Assembly: GCA_038128265.1 (NCBI GenBank)
Contig: JAYPJE010000005.1
Span: 23,489 to 87,488, forward strand
Reading direction: 5' to 3'
Origin: Gemmatimonadota bacterium
Lineage (GTDB): Bacteria; Latescibacterota; UBA2968; UBA8231
Length of the DNA: 64,000 bases
Position numbers and translations under genes: made by a program. Below, piece after piece: positions 9,645 through 19,054 of the stretch. Below the pieces are notes generated by a model. It was not told the DNA's origin and did not search any database. It saw nothing but the letters and a program-made list of their open reading frames with translations. How positions within the stretch are numbered: position 1 is the first letter of the stretch; every line of letters starts with the position of its first letter.

Positions 9645-10601
9645 TTAGAAGGGACTGGCTTGCGCCCTGCTCTTCCACTCTTTGGCAAACATGCCGAGCG
9701 AACCCGGCGCATAGCCGGCGTAGTGGTTGTTGAAAAGGGCGTAGACTTCGCGCTGTGGCTGGGCGCCGACCATGTGCTGTAAGTGCTCCACCCAACTGGC
9801 CAACTCGGCGCTGCGCTCCCATACGAGCCCGTCCCAGTGGCGCTCCTTCTCGCCGCGTGCAATCATTCCCTCGACATACTCGTCCATCTTCTTGCGGTCG
9901 CCCAGAAAGCGCACATAGATGAAATCAGCCGTCTGTGGGTCGACGCGCTCGCGCATCTGGCCCAACTGCGGCATGGTGTAGTAGTTATTGAGGACGAGTG
10001 CCGCGTTGTTGGCGCGCAAAATGCCCAGCAGCTCATCGCCCACCCAGCGCGCGTTGCGCACTTCTATGGCAAACTGAAACTCGCGCGTTGGCAGCTGCGG
10101 AAGAAATTGTTCAAGACGGGCCATAAAGTCGGCGCCGTGTGCATTTTCCTGCGCATCCTGACCGCGCGCGACGTAAGGGAACTGCATGACTAGCGGCCCG
10201 AGCCGCGCCCCCAGCGGCTCCATGGCCGCCAGAAACGCTTCCATCTCGGCCAGGCAATCGACCATGACCTTCTCGTGCGATATTACGCGCGGAATTTTAG
10301 CGGCAAAACGTAATGTATCGCTCGTGCTCCGCAGCCAACCCTCTACGGCATGGGCTGTGGGAATGCGGTACCAGGTGGAGTCGATCTCCACGCAACCAAA
10401 GACGTTCGCGTAGTGCTCGATATAGTCGGCAGGGGCGCAATCTTCCGGGTAGATTAGCCCCTGCCAGTCTCCGTTGCTCCAGCTGGTCGTTCCTAGGTGT
10501 AGTGCAGTGGGAAGACCTTCTTGAACGCGCAGCAGACGCTCCACGTGACGCGGCTTCGGCGGCGGTAGGATTTCGGCAAAGAGGTCCTGTTGCTCAGCCA
10601 T
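9645..10601 (-). CDS. DUF72 domain protein (YecE-like)
   Basis: GTTSWS, VEIDSTWYRIP, FAAKIPRVISH, FAIEVRN, FNNHYAGYA. Confidence 0.9.
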   Translation of the reverse strand: MAEQQDLFAEILPPPKPRHVERLLRVQEGLPTALHLGTTSWSNGDWQGLIYPEDCAPADYIEHYANVFGCVEIDSTWYRIPTAHAVEGWLRSTSDTLRFAAKIPRVISHEKVMVDCLAEMEAFLAAMEPLGARLGPLVMQFPYVARGQDAQENAHGADFMARLEQFLPQLPTREFQFAIEVRNARWVGDELLGILRANNAALVLNNYYTMPQLGQMRERVDPQTADFIYVRFLGDRKKMDEYVEGMIARGEKERHWDGLVWERSAELASWVEHLQHMVGAQPQREVYALFNNHYAGYAPGSLGMFAKEWKSRAQASPF

Positions 10602-10625
10602 CGCCCCATCTCGTTCAATGCACGC

Positions 10626-12200
10626 TTAGGACAGACGCGCTCGCACCATTTCGCGCACGTTGTCAATGCCCACCATGCGCGCAAAAGAGCCAAAGCGCGG
10701 ACCGCGCTCCTGTCCCAATACAACCTCGTAAAACAGGCGAAACAGATCCTTCGGCTCCATGTCGGCAGCGCGGGCGATATCAAAGGGAATGCCCTGAAGC
10801 TCGTTCTCATCGAGCCCGTCGGCGCCCTCCAAGCGGTCTGATATCTGTAGCAGCAGCGCGCGCTCATCGGCGCCAGCCTGGCGAAACTTCTTGTTGGGCA
10901 GCACAAAGTCGCGGTAGTAGTTCAGCCCCTTTTCAACCAGAGATTTGGCCACGTCTTGATAGGCATTGGCCTTGTCGTCGTAGCGCTCCAGATAGTCGAC
11001 CAACAGCTCAGCCGAGTCGGCTCCCAGCGCAGAGATTAGGTTGTTGACCATCGAAAAGTTGACCTGCGCTCCGTACTCGGGAACGGACGAACCGCGACGT
11101 CCGATGTGCCATACATCCTGTTCGGGCCGCTTTTCCTCGGGCACTTCCGGATAGCGGCGCAGGGCATCGAGGTAGTCGTCGACGCACTTGGGCACCACGT
11201 CCCAGTAGAGGCGCCGCGCGCGTTGCGGGTTTTGGTAGATGTAGTAGAGCAGCGACTCGATCGGCGCGTACTGCACCCACGTATCTACCGTTAACCCCTT
11301 GCCAACGCTCTTGCTGATCTTCTTGCCCTCTTCGTCGAGAAAAAGTTCGTAGGTCAACCCCACGGGCGGCTGCTTGCCCATCAGGCGAACGATGCGCCCA
11401 GACAGCTTGGCCGATTCAATCAAGTCCTTGCCGTACATTTCGTAGTCGACTTCGTAGGTGAACCAGCGCAGCGCCCAGTCCACTTTCCACCCCACTTTCA
11501 CCTGCCCACCCAGCACGGAGACTTCGCCTGAAGCGCCGCACCCGCGCACGTCGCCCACCGCGCCGTCGCAGGCAAAGCCAACGGATGTGCGCTCTGGGAA
11601 ATACCCGGTCACGCGCGTGTTGTAAACGGATCCGCACTCCGGGCACAGGGGAAAAAATGGCGACCACTGCGCGCGCTTGTCTTCGCCCAACGTTGGCACG
11701 ATGAGAGCGCGCACCTCCTCCACCTTGTCTAGCAAAATGCTCAAGCCCTCGTCGAAATCGCCGCGCGTATAGGCTTGGGCAGAAGACTGAAATTCGTAGT
11801 TAAAGCGATAGGTATCGAGAAACTTCTTTAGCTTGTCGTTCATGTAGCCGCTAAAGCTATCCTGCTGGCCAAAGGGATCCGGAATGGCGTGCAGCGGCTT
11901 GCCCAAGTGCTGGGCCAGCATCTCCGGCTGCGGCAGATTGAGCGGCACTTTGCGCAAACCATCCATATCGTCGCTAAAAGCGACTAAGCGCGTCTCCAGA
12001 CCGCTTATCTCCTCGAGCGCATTGCGCACCCACGTCGTGCGCGCCACTTCGGCAAACGTGCCAATATGCGGCAAGCCGCTCGGTCCAAAGCCGGTTTCGA
12101 AGAGCACGGGACGACTGCCGTCAGGACGGCGCTGCTTGAGGATTTGCCCTGCTTCTCGGAAGGGCCATGCCTTGTAGCTGCCTTCGCTTTTCGTAGACAT
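10626..12200 (-). CDS. lysS: Lysine--tRNA ligase, class I
   Basis: ETGFGPSGLPHIGT (HIGH-like), SDDMDGLRKVP, YEMYGKDL, KISKS (KMSKS-like), GPRFGSF. Confidence 0.96.
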   Translation of the reverse strand: MSTKSEGSYKAWPFREAGQILKQRRPDGSRPVLFETGFGPSGLPHIGTFAEVARTTWVRNALEEISGLETRLVAFSDDMDGLRKVPLNLPQPEMLAQHLGKPLHAIPDPFGQQDSFSGYMNDKLKKFLDTYRFNYEFQSSAQAYTRGDFDEGLSILLDKVEEVRALIVPTLGEDKRAQWSPFFPLCPECGSVYNTRVTGYFPERTSVGFACDGAVGDVRGCGASGEVSVLGGQVKVGWKVDWALRWFTYEVDYEMYGKDLIESAKLSGRIVRLMGKQPPVGLTYELFLDEEGKKISKSVGKGLTVDTWVQYAPIESLLYYIYQNPQRARRLYWDVVPKCVDDYLDALRRYPEVPEEKRPEQDVWHIGRRGSSVPEYGAQVNFSMVNNLISALGADSAELLVDYLERYDDKANAYQDVAKSLVEKGLNYYRDFVLPNKKFRQAGADERALLLQISDRLEGADGLDENELQGIPFDIARAADMEPKDLFRLFYEVVLGQERGPRFGSFARMVGIDNVREMVRARLS

Positions 12201-12214
12201 AGATTCCTCCTAAC

Positions 12215-12505
12215 TCACTCGTCTCCGCGATAGACGACGTGCTGCGGACGCGTCGCCAACACTTGTTCCTTGCCCCAGTTAACCACGCGCACAAACTCCG
12301 GCGATGCCACAAACTGATTGAAGTCGTCTTCGCTCGCCCACTCCGACATAATGACGTAGCTGCGCTCGGCAAATACGTCGCGCAGTAGGCGCGATGCGCG
12401 ATGTGCCTCCGCCCCTTCTAGCGCGCTTAACACACTGGCAAACGCTTTTTCAAACACCTGCTCTTTGCCCTCTAACACTTCGTAATACATGCCGATTGTA
12501 ATCAT
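12215..12505 (-). CDS. Antibiotic biosynthesis monooxygenase (ABM) domain protein
   Basis: ~96 aa ferredoxin-like pattern: YEVLEGKEQVFEKAF...YVIMSEWASEDDF. Confidence 0.8.
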   Translation of the reverse strand: MITIGMYYEVLEGKEQVFEKAFASVLSALEGAEAHRASRLLRDVFAERSYVIMSEWASEDDFNQFVASPEFVRVVNWGKEQVLATRPQHVVYRGDE

Positions 12506-12606
12506 GGCCAACCTGCTTGGAGAATCTATTTACTTGCTTGATATGAGCGTGGGGACAGCGCAGCGGCCAGCATGGCCGCCGGACTTAAGGTGGGGACAAA
12601 CGTGCT

Positions 12607-12627
12607 AAAAAAAGCGCCGAACGGCGC
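12607..12627 (-). terminator. Intrinsic terminator after infA
   Basis: Minus strand GCGCC-GTTC-GGCGC followed by T7. Confidence 0.75.
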
Positions 12628-12630
12628 AGA

Positions 12631-12849
12631 CTAACGGTTGCGAAACGTGATGCGCCCCCGCGTCAAGTCGTAGGGAGAGAGCGCTACGGTAACCTGGTCT
12701 CCCGGCAGCACGCGTATGTAGTACTTACGCATTTTGCCAGAAATATGGGCCAGTATTTCGTGGCCGTTTTCCATTTCGCACTTGAAGTAGCCGTTAGGCA
12801 GCGCTTCCTTGACCACTGCCTGAACCTCAATCGCTTCTTCTTTGGCCAT
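12631..12849 (-). CDS. infA: Translation initiation factor IF-1
   Basis: MAKEEAIEV...LAHISGKMR...[23 protein letters not shown]. Confidence 0.98.
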   Translation of the reverse strand: MAKEEAIEVQAVVKEALPNGYFKCEMENGHEILAHISGKMRKYYIRVLPGDQVTVALSPYDLTRGRITFRNR

Positions 12850-13013
12850 TTCTTTGCCTTATACAAAAAGGGCGAGACGCCGCTGAGTGCACTCCCAGAC
12901 AACTACTCGCCTGCCTGCGCTATGCGCGCGAAAAGTGAAACATCAGCGGCCCATTACCGCTCCCCAATGGATGCGTATGCCACGTATACCGCAGTGGCGT
13001 GGACAGTTGGCAT

Positions 13014-13042
13014 AGTGTACGTATTCGTCGAAAAAAAGTCAA
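13014..13042 (-). promoter_or_regulatory. Sigma70 promoter of infA
   Basis: Minus strand TTGACT-N17-TACACT, giving a ~155-nt leader. Confidence 0.7.
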
Positions 13043-13064
13043 CGACAGCACGGCCCACGGTCGT

Positions 13065-13994
13065 TTATTCCACTAGGTATTTTACGTCGTATGTAGTGTG
13101 TTTGACTGCTTCTATAGACGACATATGCGGTGCCAGTTCTTGCACTCGTAAATAGGCTGCCTCGGCCTCGTCGAGGCGTCCCTGACGCTCGTAAACCAGC
13201 CCCAAATTATGCAGCGCGGGGATGTAATCTCGCTCTATTTCCACCGCTTTCTTAAAAGCGCGTTCGGCCGAGTTGAGATCGTCGGCTTCAAGGTGGGCAA
13301 GGCCCTTGGCAAAAAACATATTGCTGTTGCGATCCTCGTACAAAACAGCTCTTTCCAAGGCCCCTACGGCCAGCTCGGCCTGCTCGGCCTGCAGGCGCAA
13401 CAGCCCCAGGCTGTAGTACGCGCGCGCTAGGCTAATCTTGGCTCCCGGGTAGTCTTCGCGCAGGCCCACCAGCACTTCGAGATATTCAATCGCCTTTTTG
13501 TAGTCTTCTACCTGGTGATAGGCGACGGCCATATTATAGAGCGCACCAAAGTGATCTGGATCCAAGCGAATCACTCGCTCTAAGTGCTCCAAGCCCTCGG
13601 CCTGATGCCCGCTGCGACACAATAGAGTGCCCAATCCGGCACGCGCTTCGACGAGCGTAGAATCCAGCGTCAGCGCCGTCTCATAGTTTGCTTTCGCCTC
13701 CTCAATATACCCCTGGCTGTGCAGCACGACGCCCAAGTTACAATAGGCTTCGGCAAAGGTAGAGTCTAGCTCTAGCGCGTGGTACAGCTCCTGTTTAGCA
13801 TCGTATTTGCGGCCGTCTTCGATGTAGGCATTGGCCATCAGCAGACGCAGCTGTGGATTGTAGGGATCGCGAATAATGCGGCTGTTTAGGTAGCGAATTT
13901 TTTCTTTCGCCCACACGTTGTAACCACCCTTTGCCTCGGCTGGCTGATTGGAGCAGCACAGCGCGGCAAGCAGTAGAATACACGCGTAGATCAT
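13065..13994 (-). CDS. Secreted tetratricopeptide repeat protein
   Basis: Signal peptide plus several 34-aa TPRs (AYCNLGVVL, ALYNMAVAY, ALHNLGLVY). Confidence 0.88.
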   Translation of the reverse strand: MIYACILLLAALCCSNQPAEAKGGYNVWAKEKIRYLNSRIIRDPYNPQLRLLMANAYIEDGRKYDAKQELYHALELDSTFAEAYCNLGVVLHSQGYIEEAKANYETALTLDSTLVEARAGLGTLLCRSGHQAEGLEHLERVIRLDPDHFGALYNMAVAYHQVEDYKKAIEYLEVLVGLREDYPGAKISLARAYYSLGLLRLQAEQAELAVGALERAVLYEDRNSNMFFAKGLAHLEADDLNSAERAFKKAVEIERDYIPALHNLGLVYERQGRLDEAEAAYLRVQELAPHMSSIEAVKHTTYDVKYLVE

Positions 13995-15283
13995 GGCTGG
14001 AATTTTTGAATGCGGTCGTTAAACGAGTCGGCTACGTAGATGTAGCCCTCTGCGTCGCGCGCGATGCCGCCGGCCACTACCGGGCGTATGCTCGTGCGGC
14101 CGCTGTTCATTTCCTCGACTACCTCCACCGATCCAGCAAAGCGAAATTCACCCGCGCCGTCGCCGGAGCGCCCCCAGCGCGTAGCGTATTTTTCGTCGCG
14201 GAAAACTTCTATGCGATCCTGGCCGGCATTGACGACAAAAGCGCGGTTGCGCTCTTCGTCGACGGCAAAATCGGTCGGGCGGCGCAGCACGCCGGGACCG
14301 CGGTCCATATGCGACTTCTCGTCGCGGCCCAGCACCTGGCGGGCGGTCCTGCGATCAGCCGTGTCGTAGACGACCAAGCGCGGCGTCTGCCAATCGCTTT
14401 CCAGCAGCGACACCGGCTCGATCAGGGCGGCAAAGCGCCCCTGCCACATGCGCAGACTGGAAACCAAGAGCGCCGGTATCAAATACTGCGTCTTGCGCTG
14501 ACCGTCGCGGTCGAAAAGCTGTAGTTGGCTGATGCTTTCGATAAAGACATCCTCGCCGCTAACGACGATATGGCGGGCGAAGAGCCCCTCTAAGGGCCGC
14601 GTCCACAGCAGCCTTGCGTCGCGGTCATACTTGCTCCAATAAGCGCGCGGTCCCCCTTCTGCGCGCTGCAGATTGTAGGCCACGTACAGATTGTCGTCGG
14701 CGTCGAGGGCAATGGATGGACCGTCCAGCGTGCTAGTTTCCATGCAGGCCAGCTTGCCCTCGGCATAAACGAGCGCCGCAAGGGGATTGCCCGCTCGGTC
14801 GTAGCGCAGCACTCGACCGCTGCCGGCCCCCACTACATGCACCACGCCGCTGTGGCTGATGGCCAGACGCGTGGGCACGAACCCCATCTCTGTCTGCCAC
14901 GTATTCGCGAAAGAGTGAAATGCTCCAGCAACCGTTGTAGAGGGCAGCTCGTGCACGGCATCACCCGCGCCAAAAAAGCTGACGACGCGGTAGCGATGCA
15001 TCTCATTGGACTCGATGCGCTCGTCGACAAATGCCGTGTCGAGGCGGTCGTGCACCTCGGCGACGGAGCTGAAGGCACCATCGACTTGGCGCTGGACTTC
15101 ATAGCGCAGAAACCCCCGTTCGGCTGCTGGAGGCCAGTGCAAATAGACGGTGGCGACTTCGCCGTCAAAGTGCCCGGTGAGACTGGGAGGACCAGCTAAC
15201 CAAGGGTCGGTCTTTTTCCCGGCAAAGGGACCTATGCAAGCGGCCAACACAAAGGATGACAGCAAAGGCAGTATTCTAAGCAT
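13991..15283 (-). CDS. Lipoprotein with an Fn3-like domain and NHL-repeat beta-propeller
   Basis: Lipobox VLAAC; Fn3-like W...YEVQR...F.D...YRYRV; NHL repeats (PTDFAVD, GIARDAEGYIYVADSFNDRIQKF). ORF extends to 15370. Confidence 0.8.
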   Translation of the reverse strand: MLRILPLLSSFVLAACIGPFAGKKTDPWLAGPPSLTGHFDGEVATVYLHWPPAAERGFLRYEVQRQVDGAFSSVAEVHDRLDTAFVDERIESNEMHRYRVVSFFGAGDAVHELPSTTVAGAFHSFANTWQTEMGFVPTRLAISHSGVVHVVGAGSGRVLRYDRAGNPLAALVYAEGKLACMETSTLDGPSIALDADDNLYVAYNLQRAEGGPRAYWSKYDRDARLLWTRPLEGLFARHIVVSGEDVFIESISQLQLFDRDGQRKTQYLIPALLVSSLRMWQGRFAALIEPVSLLESDWQTPRLVVYDTADRRTARQVLGRDEKSHMDRGPGVLRRPTDFAVDEERNRAFVVNAGQDRIEVFRDEKYATRWGRSGDGAGEFRFAGSVEVVEEMNSGRTSIRPVVAGGIARDAEGYIYVADSFNDRIQKFQP

Positions 15284-15388
15284 ATCAAAGAGACGGTACG
15301 CGGCCTGTACGTCGCTGTCAAGGAATAGAAAACGGTGGTGATCTACAGTCCAACCGCGTACATTATGCACTGGGAAAGAAAATAAATT

Positions 15389-16030
15389 ATGAACGGCATT
15401 CGACCCATTTTACTCGCGATCGTCCTTGGAACCTTGCACGGTGGATGCGGCGAGCTAGAGCGCAGCAACCCCTACCACATTCGTGCCCAAGAAGACGAGG
15501 AACCGACCGCTTCGCTCGCTCTGCGCATTCCCATGGCAAAGGCGCTGGCCATTGTCGTTTCGCGCGTGGAAGCTGTCTTGGCAGGTCCTGGGTCACCTAC
15601 CATAACCAAGGAATTGGACATATCGCCGCTGGGCCCAGCAACGGGCTTTATAGGCACGTCGGCACCCGGACCGGGGTTCTCGCTGACGCTGCGCGGCTAC
15701 GATACCGACGGCGAGCTGCTCTTTGAAGGCAGCATGGAAAATATCACCATTGTCGAAGGCGACACGACGCTGGTAGAGGTCGATCTATTCCTCACGCGCG
15801 AAATCCCCGGCCTAGGCGATCCACCCGAAGACGGCGGAGGCACCGACGCGGGGGCCGACGCGGGCACGGATACTGGTACGGACGCAACGACCGATACCGG
15901 CACGGATACGACAGCGGATGCAGACGCAGGTGCAGATGCCGATACGGGGACCGATACGGGCACGGAAGCCGATTCCGACGCAACGACGGACACTGCAACC
16001 GACACAGAAGCCTCTGAAGCAGGAGGCTGA
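15389..16030 (+). CDS. Hypothetical lipoprotein with acidic Asp/Thr/Ala/Gly-rich tail
   Basis: Signal peptide ending GGC, a beta-rich domain, and a low-complexity C-terminus. Confidence 0.75.
   Translation: MNGIRPILLAIVLGTLHGGCGELERSNPYHIRAQEDEEPTASLALRIPMAKALAIVVSRVEAVLAGPGSPTITKELDISPLGPATGFIGTSAPGPGFSLTLRGYDTDGELLFEGSMENITIVEGDTTLVEVDLFLTREIPGLGDPPEDGGGTDAGADAGTDTGTDATTDTGTDTTADADAGADADTGTDTGTEADSDATTDTATDTEASEAGG
15840..16010 (+). repeat. Degenerate ~12-bp coding tandem repeats (DAGA/DTGT/DATT tetrapeptides)
   Basis: TDAGADAGTDTGTDATTDTGTDTTADADAGADADTGTDTGTEADSDATTDTATDTE. Confidence 0.7.
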
Positions 16031-16031
16031 T

Positions 16032-16826
16032 TTGGCGCCCCCCCTCGTCACGCTGACGAGCGATTTTGGCCTGCGTGACTATTATGTGGGCGCGATGAAA
16101 GGCGTTGTTTTAAATTTAGCTCCCTCCGCACGCATCGTTGATATCAGCCACGATATCGGCGCACAGGACATACTGGAGGGCGCCTTTGTCCTGCACTACG
16201 CCGCACGCGAATTTCCCCCTGGAACCATCCACTGCGCCATCGTAGACCCGGGCGTCGGCAGCGCGCGCCGCGCCCTGGCCTTTGCCAGCCAAGAGCAACT
16301 GTGGGTCGGACCGGACAACGGGCTGCTGAGCTTTGCCCTGCAGGACGCCACCGGGCCCATCTATGCCATTGACTCTGCGCGCGTTGGCAGCGGGCGACAG
16401 AGCGCGACGTTCCACGGCCGCGACCTCTTTGCTCCCGCAGCTGCTCAGCTAGCCAACGGCTGGTCCCTATCGGACCTGGGTAACCCCATTGCCGATCCCG
16501 TATACCTCGACGCAGCGACGCGTCAAGTCGACGCAGACGGCATCGATGGGCACATTATTCACGTAGACCGATTTGGCAACCTCGTCAGCAATATCGCCCG
16601 CACAGATATCGCGCCCTTTGCCCACGCTCCGTGCATACGCATCGGCCGTGCCCAACCGCTGCACGAGCTCAAAAAAACTTATACCGACGTGGCTCCAGGT
16701 CAGCTGGTGGCCCTAATTGGCAGCGCCGAGCTGGTAGAAATTTCGGTCAATGGGGGAAGCGCCGCACGCCAACTGGGCGTCGAGCGCGGCACCTCTATCC
16801 GCGTAGAAGCCCAGCACACCGCTTAG
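16032..16826 (+). CDS. SAM hydroxide adenosyltransferase (DUF62; SAM hydrolase/halogenase family)
   Basis: TLTSDFG, VDPGVGSARR, GPDNG, TFHGRD, VDRFGN; AGGAGG RBS before TTG 16032. Confidence 0.93.
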   Translation: MAPPLVTLTSDFGLRDYYVGAMKGVVLNLAPSARIVDISHDIGAQDILEGAFVLHYAAREFPPGTIHCAIVDPGVGSARRALAFASQEQLWVGPDNGLLSFALQDATGPIYAIDSARVGSGRQSATFHGRDLFAPAAAQLANGWSLSDLGNPIADPVYLDAATRQVDADGIDGHIIHVDRFGNLVSNIARTDIAPFAHAPCIRIGRAQPLHELKKTYTDVAPGQLVALIGSAELVEISVNGGSAARQLGVERGTSIRVEAQHTA

Positions 16827-16842
16827 ACCTTAGCGAGACCCT

Positions 16843-18207
16843 ATGTCCGAAGACGCTCCGCTCATCGTCAGCATATCCGGCATACGCGGCCTCGTCGGCC
16901 GCTCGTTTACCGATCGCGTCGTAGCCGAGTTCTCTTCGGCCTTTGCATCGTCTCTGTCGCCCGGTGCCGCCGTCGTCCTAGCCCGCGACACGCGCCCTTC
17001 GGGCGTCGACTTTGCCGGCGTTGCCGCACACGCGCTCTGCGCCGCCGGATGCCGGGTTTACGATTTAGGCGCATGCCCAACTCCCGCCGCCAAGCTGATG
17101 GTCTGCACGCTGGGTGCACAGGGCGCTATCATCATTACCGCCAGCCATAACCCGGCGCCGTGGAACGGCCTCAAGCTCGTTCGCGAAGACGGCATTTTTC
17201 TCAACGCTGAACAGGCCGCACGGGTAGAAGCAATCTATCGCAGCGGCCGTTTTCGCCAGCAGTCAGGCGGCGCAGTAGAGACAGTAGACTTTGCCGACGT
17301 AGGGAAGGAACACCTCGACCGCCTCCTGTCACACATTGATGCCGAGGCCATACGACGGTCCCATATCAAGGTAGCCGTCGATCCCTGCAATGGAACGGGT
17401 GGCCTCTTCTTACCCCGCCTCTTAGAGGCACTCGCCGTTGAAGCACATTTTATCAACGGCGAACCAAACGGCGAGTTCGCCCACGAGCCGGAACCCATTC
17501 CCGCCAATTTACTGCAGCTGGGCCAAGCCGTGCGCTCGACGCACAGTGCGCTGGGTTTTGCCATCGATCCAGATGCCGATCGCGTCACCCTGGTCGATTC
17601 CTCAGGCAATGCCGTGGGCGAGGACTCCACCCTGGCACTCGCCGTGCAGGCGGTTACAGCGCGTCAGCCGGGACCGGTCGTCACCACGCTATCCACCTCC
17701 CAAGCTGTTAGCGACGCGGCCCGGGCCAACGGCTGCCCCGTCTCCCTCACCCCAGTCGGCGAGGTGCACGTAGTAGAGAAGATGTTAGAAGAAGGAGCAG
17801 CCATCGGCGGGGAGGGACACGGCGGCGTCGTGCTGTCCACCATCGACCCAGGGCGTGACGCAGCCGTTGGCATTGCCCTAGTCTTAGAGGCCATGGCACG
17901 CGGCGGCCAGTCGCTGGAAGAGCAGCTGGCTACGCTGCCGCACTACGCCATTGAAAAGCGCAAAACACAGAGCAACCGACAGCAGTTACAGCGCGCCTTA
18001 GATGCGCTACTGGCCCGCTATCCGCAGGCCTATGTGCACCCGGTCAAGGATGGGTCCAAGCTCTATATCAACGGCGAGCTAGCATGTCCATGGGTCCATC
18101 TGCGCGCGTCAAACACCGAGCCGGTTGTGCGCATCATAGCAGAAGCGACAAGCAGCGCAGAAGCACAGGCTCTATGCGATGAAGTTGAAGGATTGTTGGA
18201 AGCGTAG
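16843..18207 (+). CDS. glmM: Phosphoglucosamine mutase / phosphomannomutase
   Basis: ITASHNP phosphoserine loop, DPDADR metal loop, GGEG, RASNTEP. The SISGIRG start fits FCB-type GlmM/PMM; exact specificity uncertain. Confidence 0.8.
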   Translation: MSEDAPLIVSISGIRGLVGRSFTDRVVAEFSSAFASSLSPGAAVVLARDTRPSGVDFAGVAAHALCAAGCRVYDLGACPTPAAKLMVCTLGAQGAIIITASHNPAPWNGLKLVREDGIFLNAEQAARVEAIYRSGRFRQQSGGAVETVDFADVGKEHLDRLLSHIDAEAIRRSHIKVAVDPCNGTGGLFLPRLLEALAVEAHFINGEPNGEFAHEPEPIPANLLQLGQAVRSTHSALGFAIDPDADRVTLVDSSGNAVGEDSTLALAVQAVTARQPGPVVTTLSTSQAVSDAARANGCPVSLTPVGEVHVVEKMLEEGAAIGGEGHGGVVLSTIDPGRDAAVGIALVLEAMARGGQSLEEQLATLPHYAIEKRKTQSNRQQLQRALDALLARYPQAYVHPVKDGSKLYINGELACPWVHLRASNTEPVVRIIAEATSSAEAQALCDEVEGLLEA

Positions 18208-18226
18208 TGCGATGCGGCAGGAGAGG

Positions 18227-18631
18227 TTACTGCAGTTCAAAGCCGGTAATAAAGACTTCTACGGCCTTACCCCTTTTTAATACTCTGTCATTGACCATCT
18301 TGCGCACTTCGCGCTGCAGCGTTTCGACGCGCAATGGGTCTTCCAGCTGGGCCGTTGTCTTTGCGCTCAGCAGCTGCAGCATATTGTGCTTGAGCTCAAT
18401 GCGCTTGCGCTTGATCTCGGCCAAACCCTCTTCGGGAGGGCATACGCGCAGCGAGATCTGCACTTCCAAATTGCGCCCCATCGCTCCAGCTGGGTTGGCC
18501 CGCACGGGACCCAATTCGGTGTACATCGCGCACTCGGACTCGTCGTAAGGCGGGGGCGGAGTGCAGCCACTATATGCGTATGAGATTGAGGCGAAAAGCG
18601 CAGCTGTGACGAGGACCCGCAGCCGCATCAT
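18227..18631 (-). CDS. FliL-like (flagellar basal body-associated) protein
   Basis: N-terminal membrane anchor; ANPAG...L.V.ISL...IELKHNMLQLLSAKT...L...VN..L..G...EVFITGF pattern of the FliL C-domain. Confidence 0.75.
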   Translation of the reverse strand: MMRLRVLVTAALFASISYAYSGCTPPPPYDESECAMYTELGPVRANPAGAMGRNLEVQISLRVCPPEEGLAEIKRKRIELKHNMLQLLSAKTTAQLEDPLRVETLQREVRKMVNDRVLKRGKAVEVFITGFELQ

Positions 18632-19017
18632 TCCACTGCAGAATGATCTAATTGACGCGCATCTTCCTCGCGCCAGCGACGGCGATGGGAGCCGAGCTCT
18701 TCGCCGCGTTCGGCCACCATATTGGCACGGGCGTCAACGAGCTCGGTTAGGCGCTGAAGATTTTCCTGCGCCGTTTCGGCAAGGCGGTTCTGTTCGCTGA
18801 CGGTCTGCATGAGTTCGTCAGCAATGGTCATTGCGGCGAGAACCGCGAGTTTGCTAGTTGGAATGCGACCGGGGTGTTGCCCGTCGATCTCGCGCATCTT
18901 CTCGTCGACGTAGCGGGCGATCTTCTGCACTTTCATCGCATCGCTCTCGGCAATGAGGTACTCTTCGCCGAAAATTTGCACGGCGATTCCCTGAACCTGT
19001 GAATTTGTCTTGGCCAT
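18628..19017 (-). CDS. zapA: Cell division protein ZapA
   Basis: VQIFGEEY, IARYVDEKMREI, KLAVLAAMTIADEL, coiled-coil tail. Confidence 0.9.
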   Translation of the reverse strand: MAKTNSQVQGIAVQIFGEEYLIAESDAMKVQKIARYVDEKMREIDGQHPGRIPTSKLAVLAAMTIADELMQTVSEQNRLAETAQENLQRLTELVDARANMVAERGEELGSHRRRWREEDARQLDHSAVE

Positions 19018-19054
19018 GGTCTATAGTATACGCCGCGCGGTGCGGACGATGCAA

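Noticed and set aside
15840..16010. CRISPR array
   Set aside because: The repeats are degenerate, in-frame ~12-bp coding units without unique spacers, and no cas genes are present.
16032..16826. Fluorinase/chlorinase (halogenase)
   Set aside because: It keeps the Asp/Arg/His residues typical of DUF62 SAM hydrolases (DPGVGSARR, TFHGRD), and there is no halometabolite cluster nearby.
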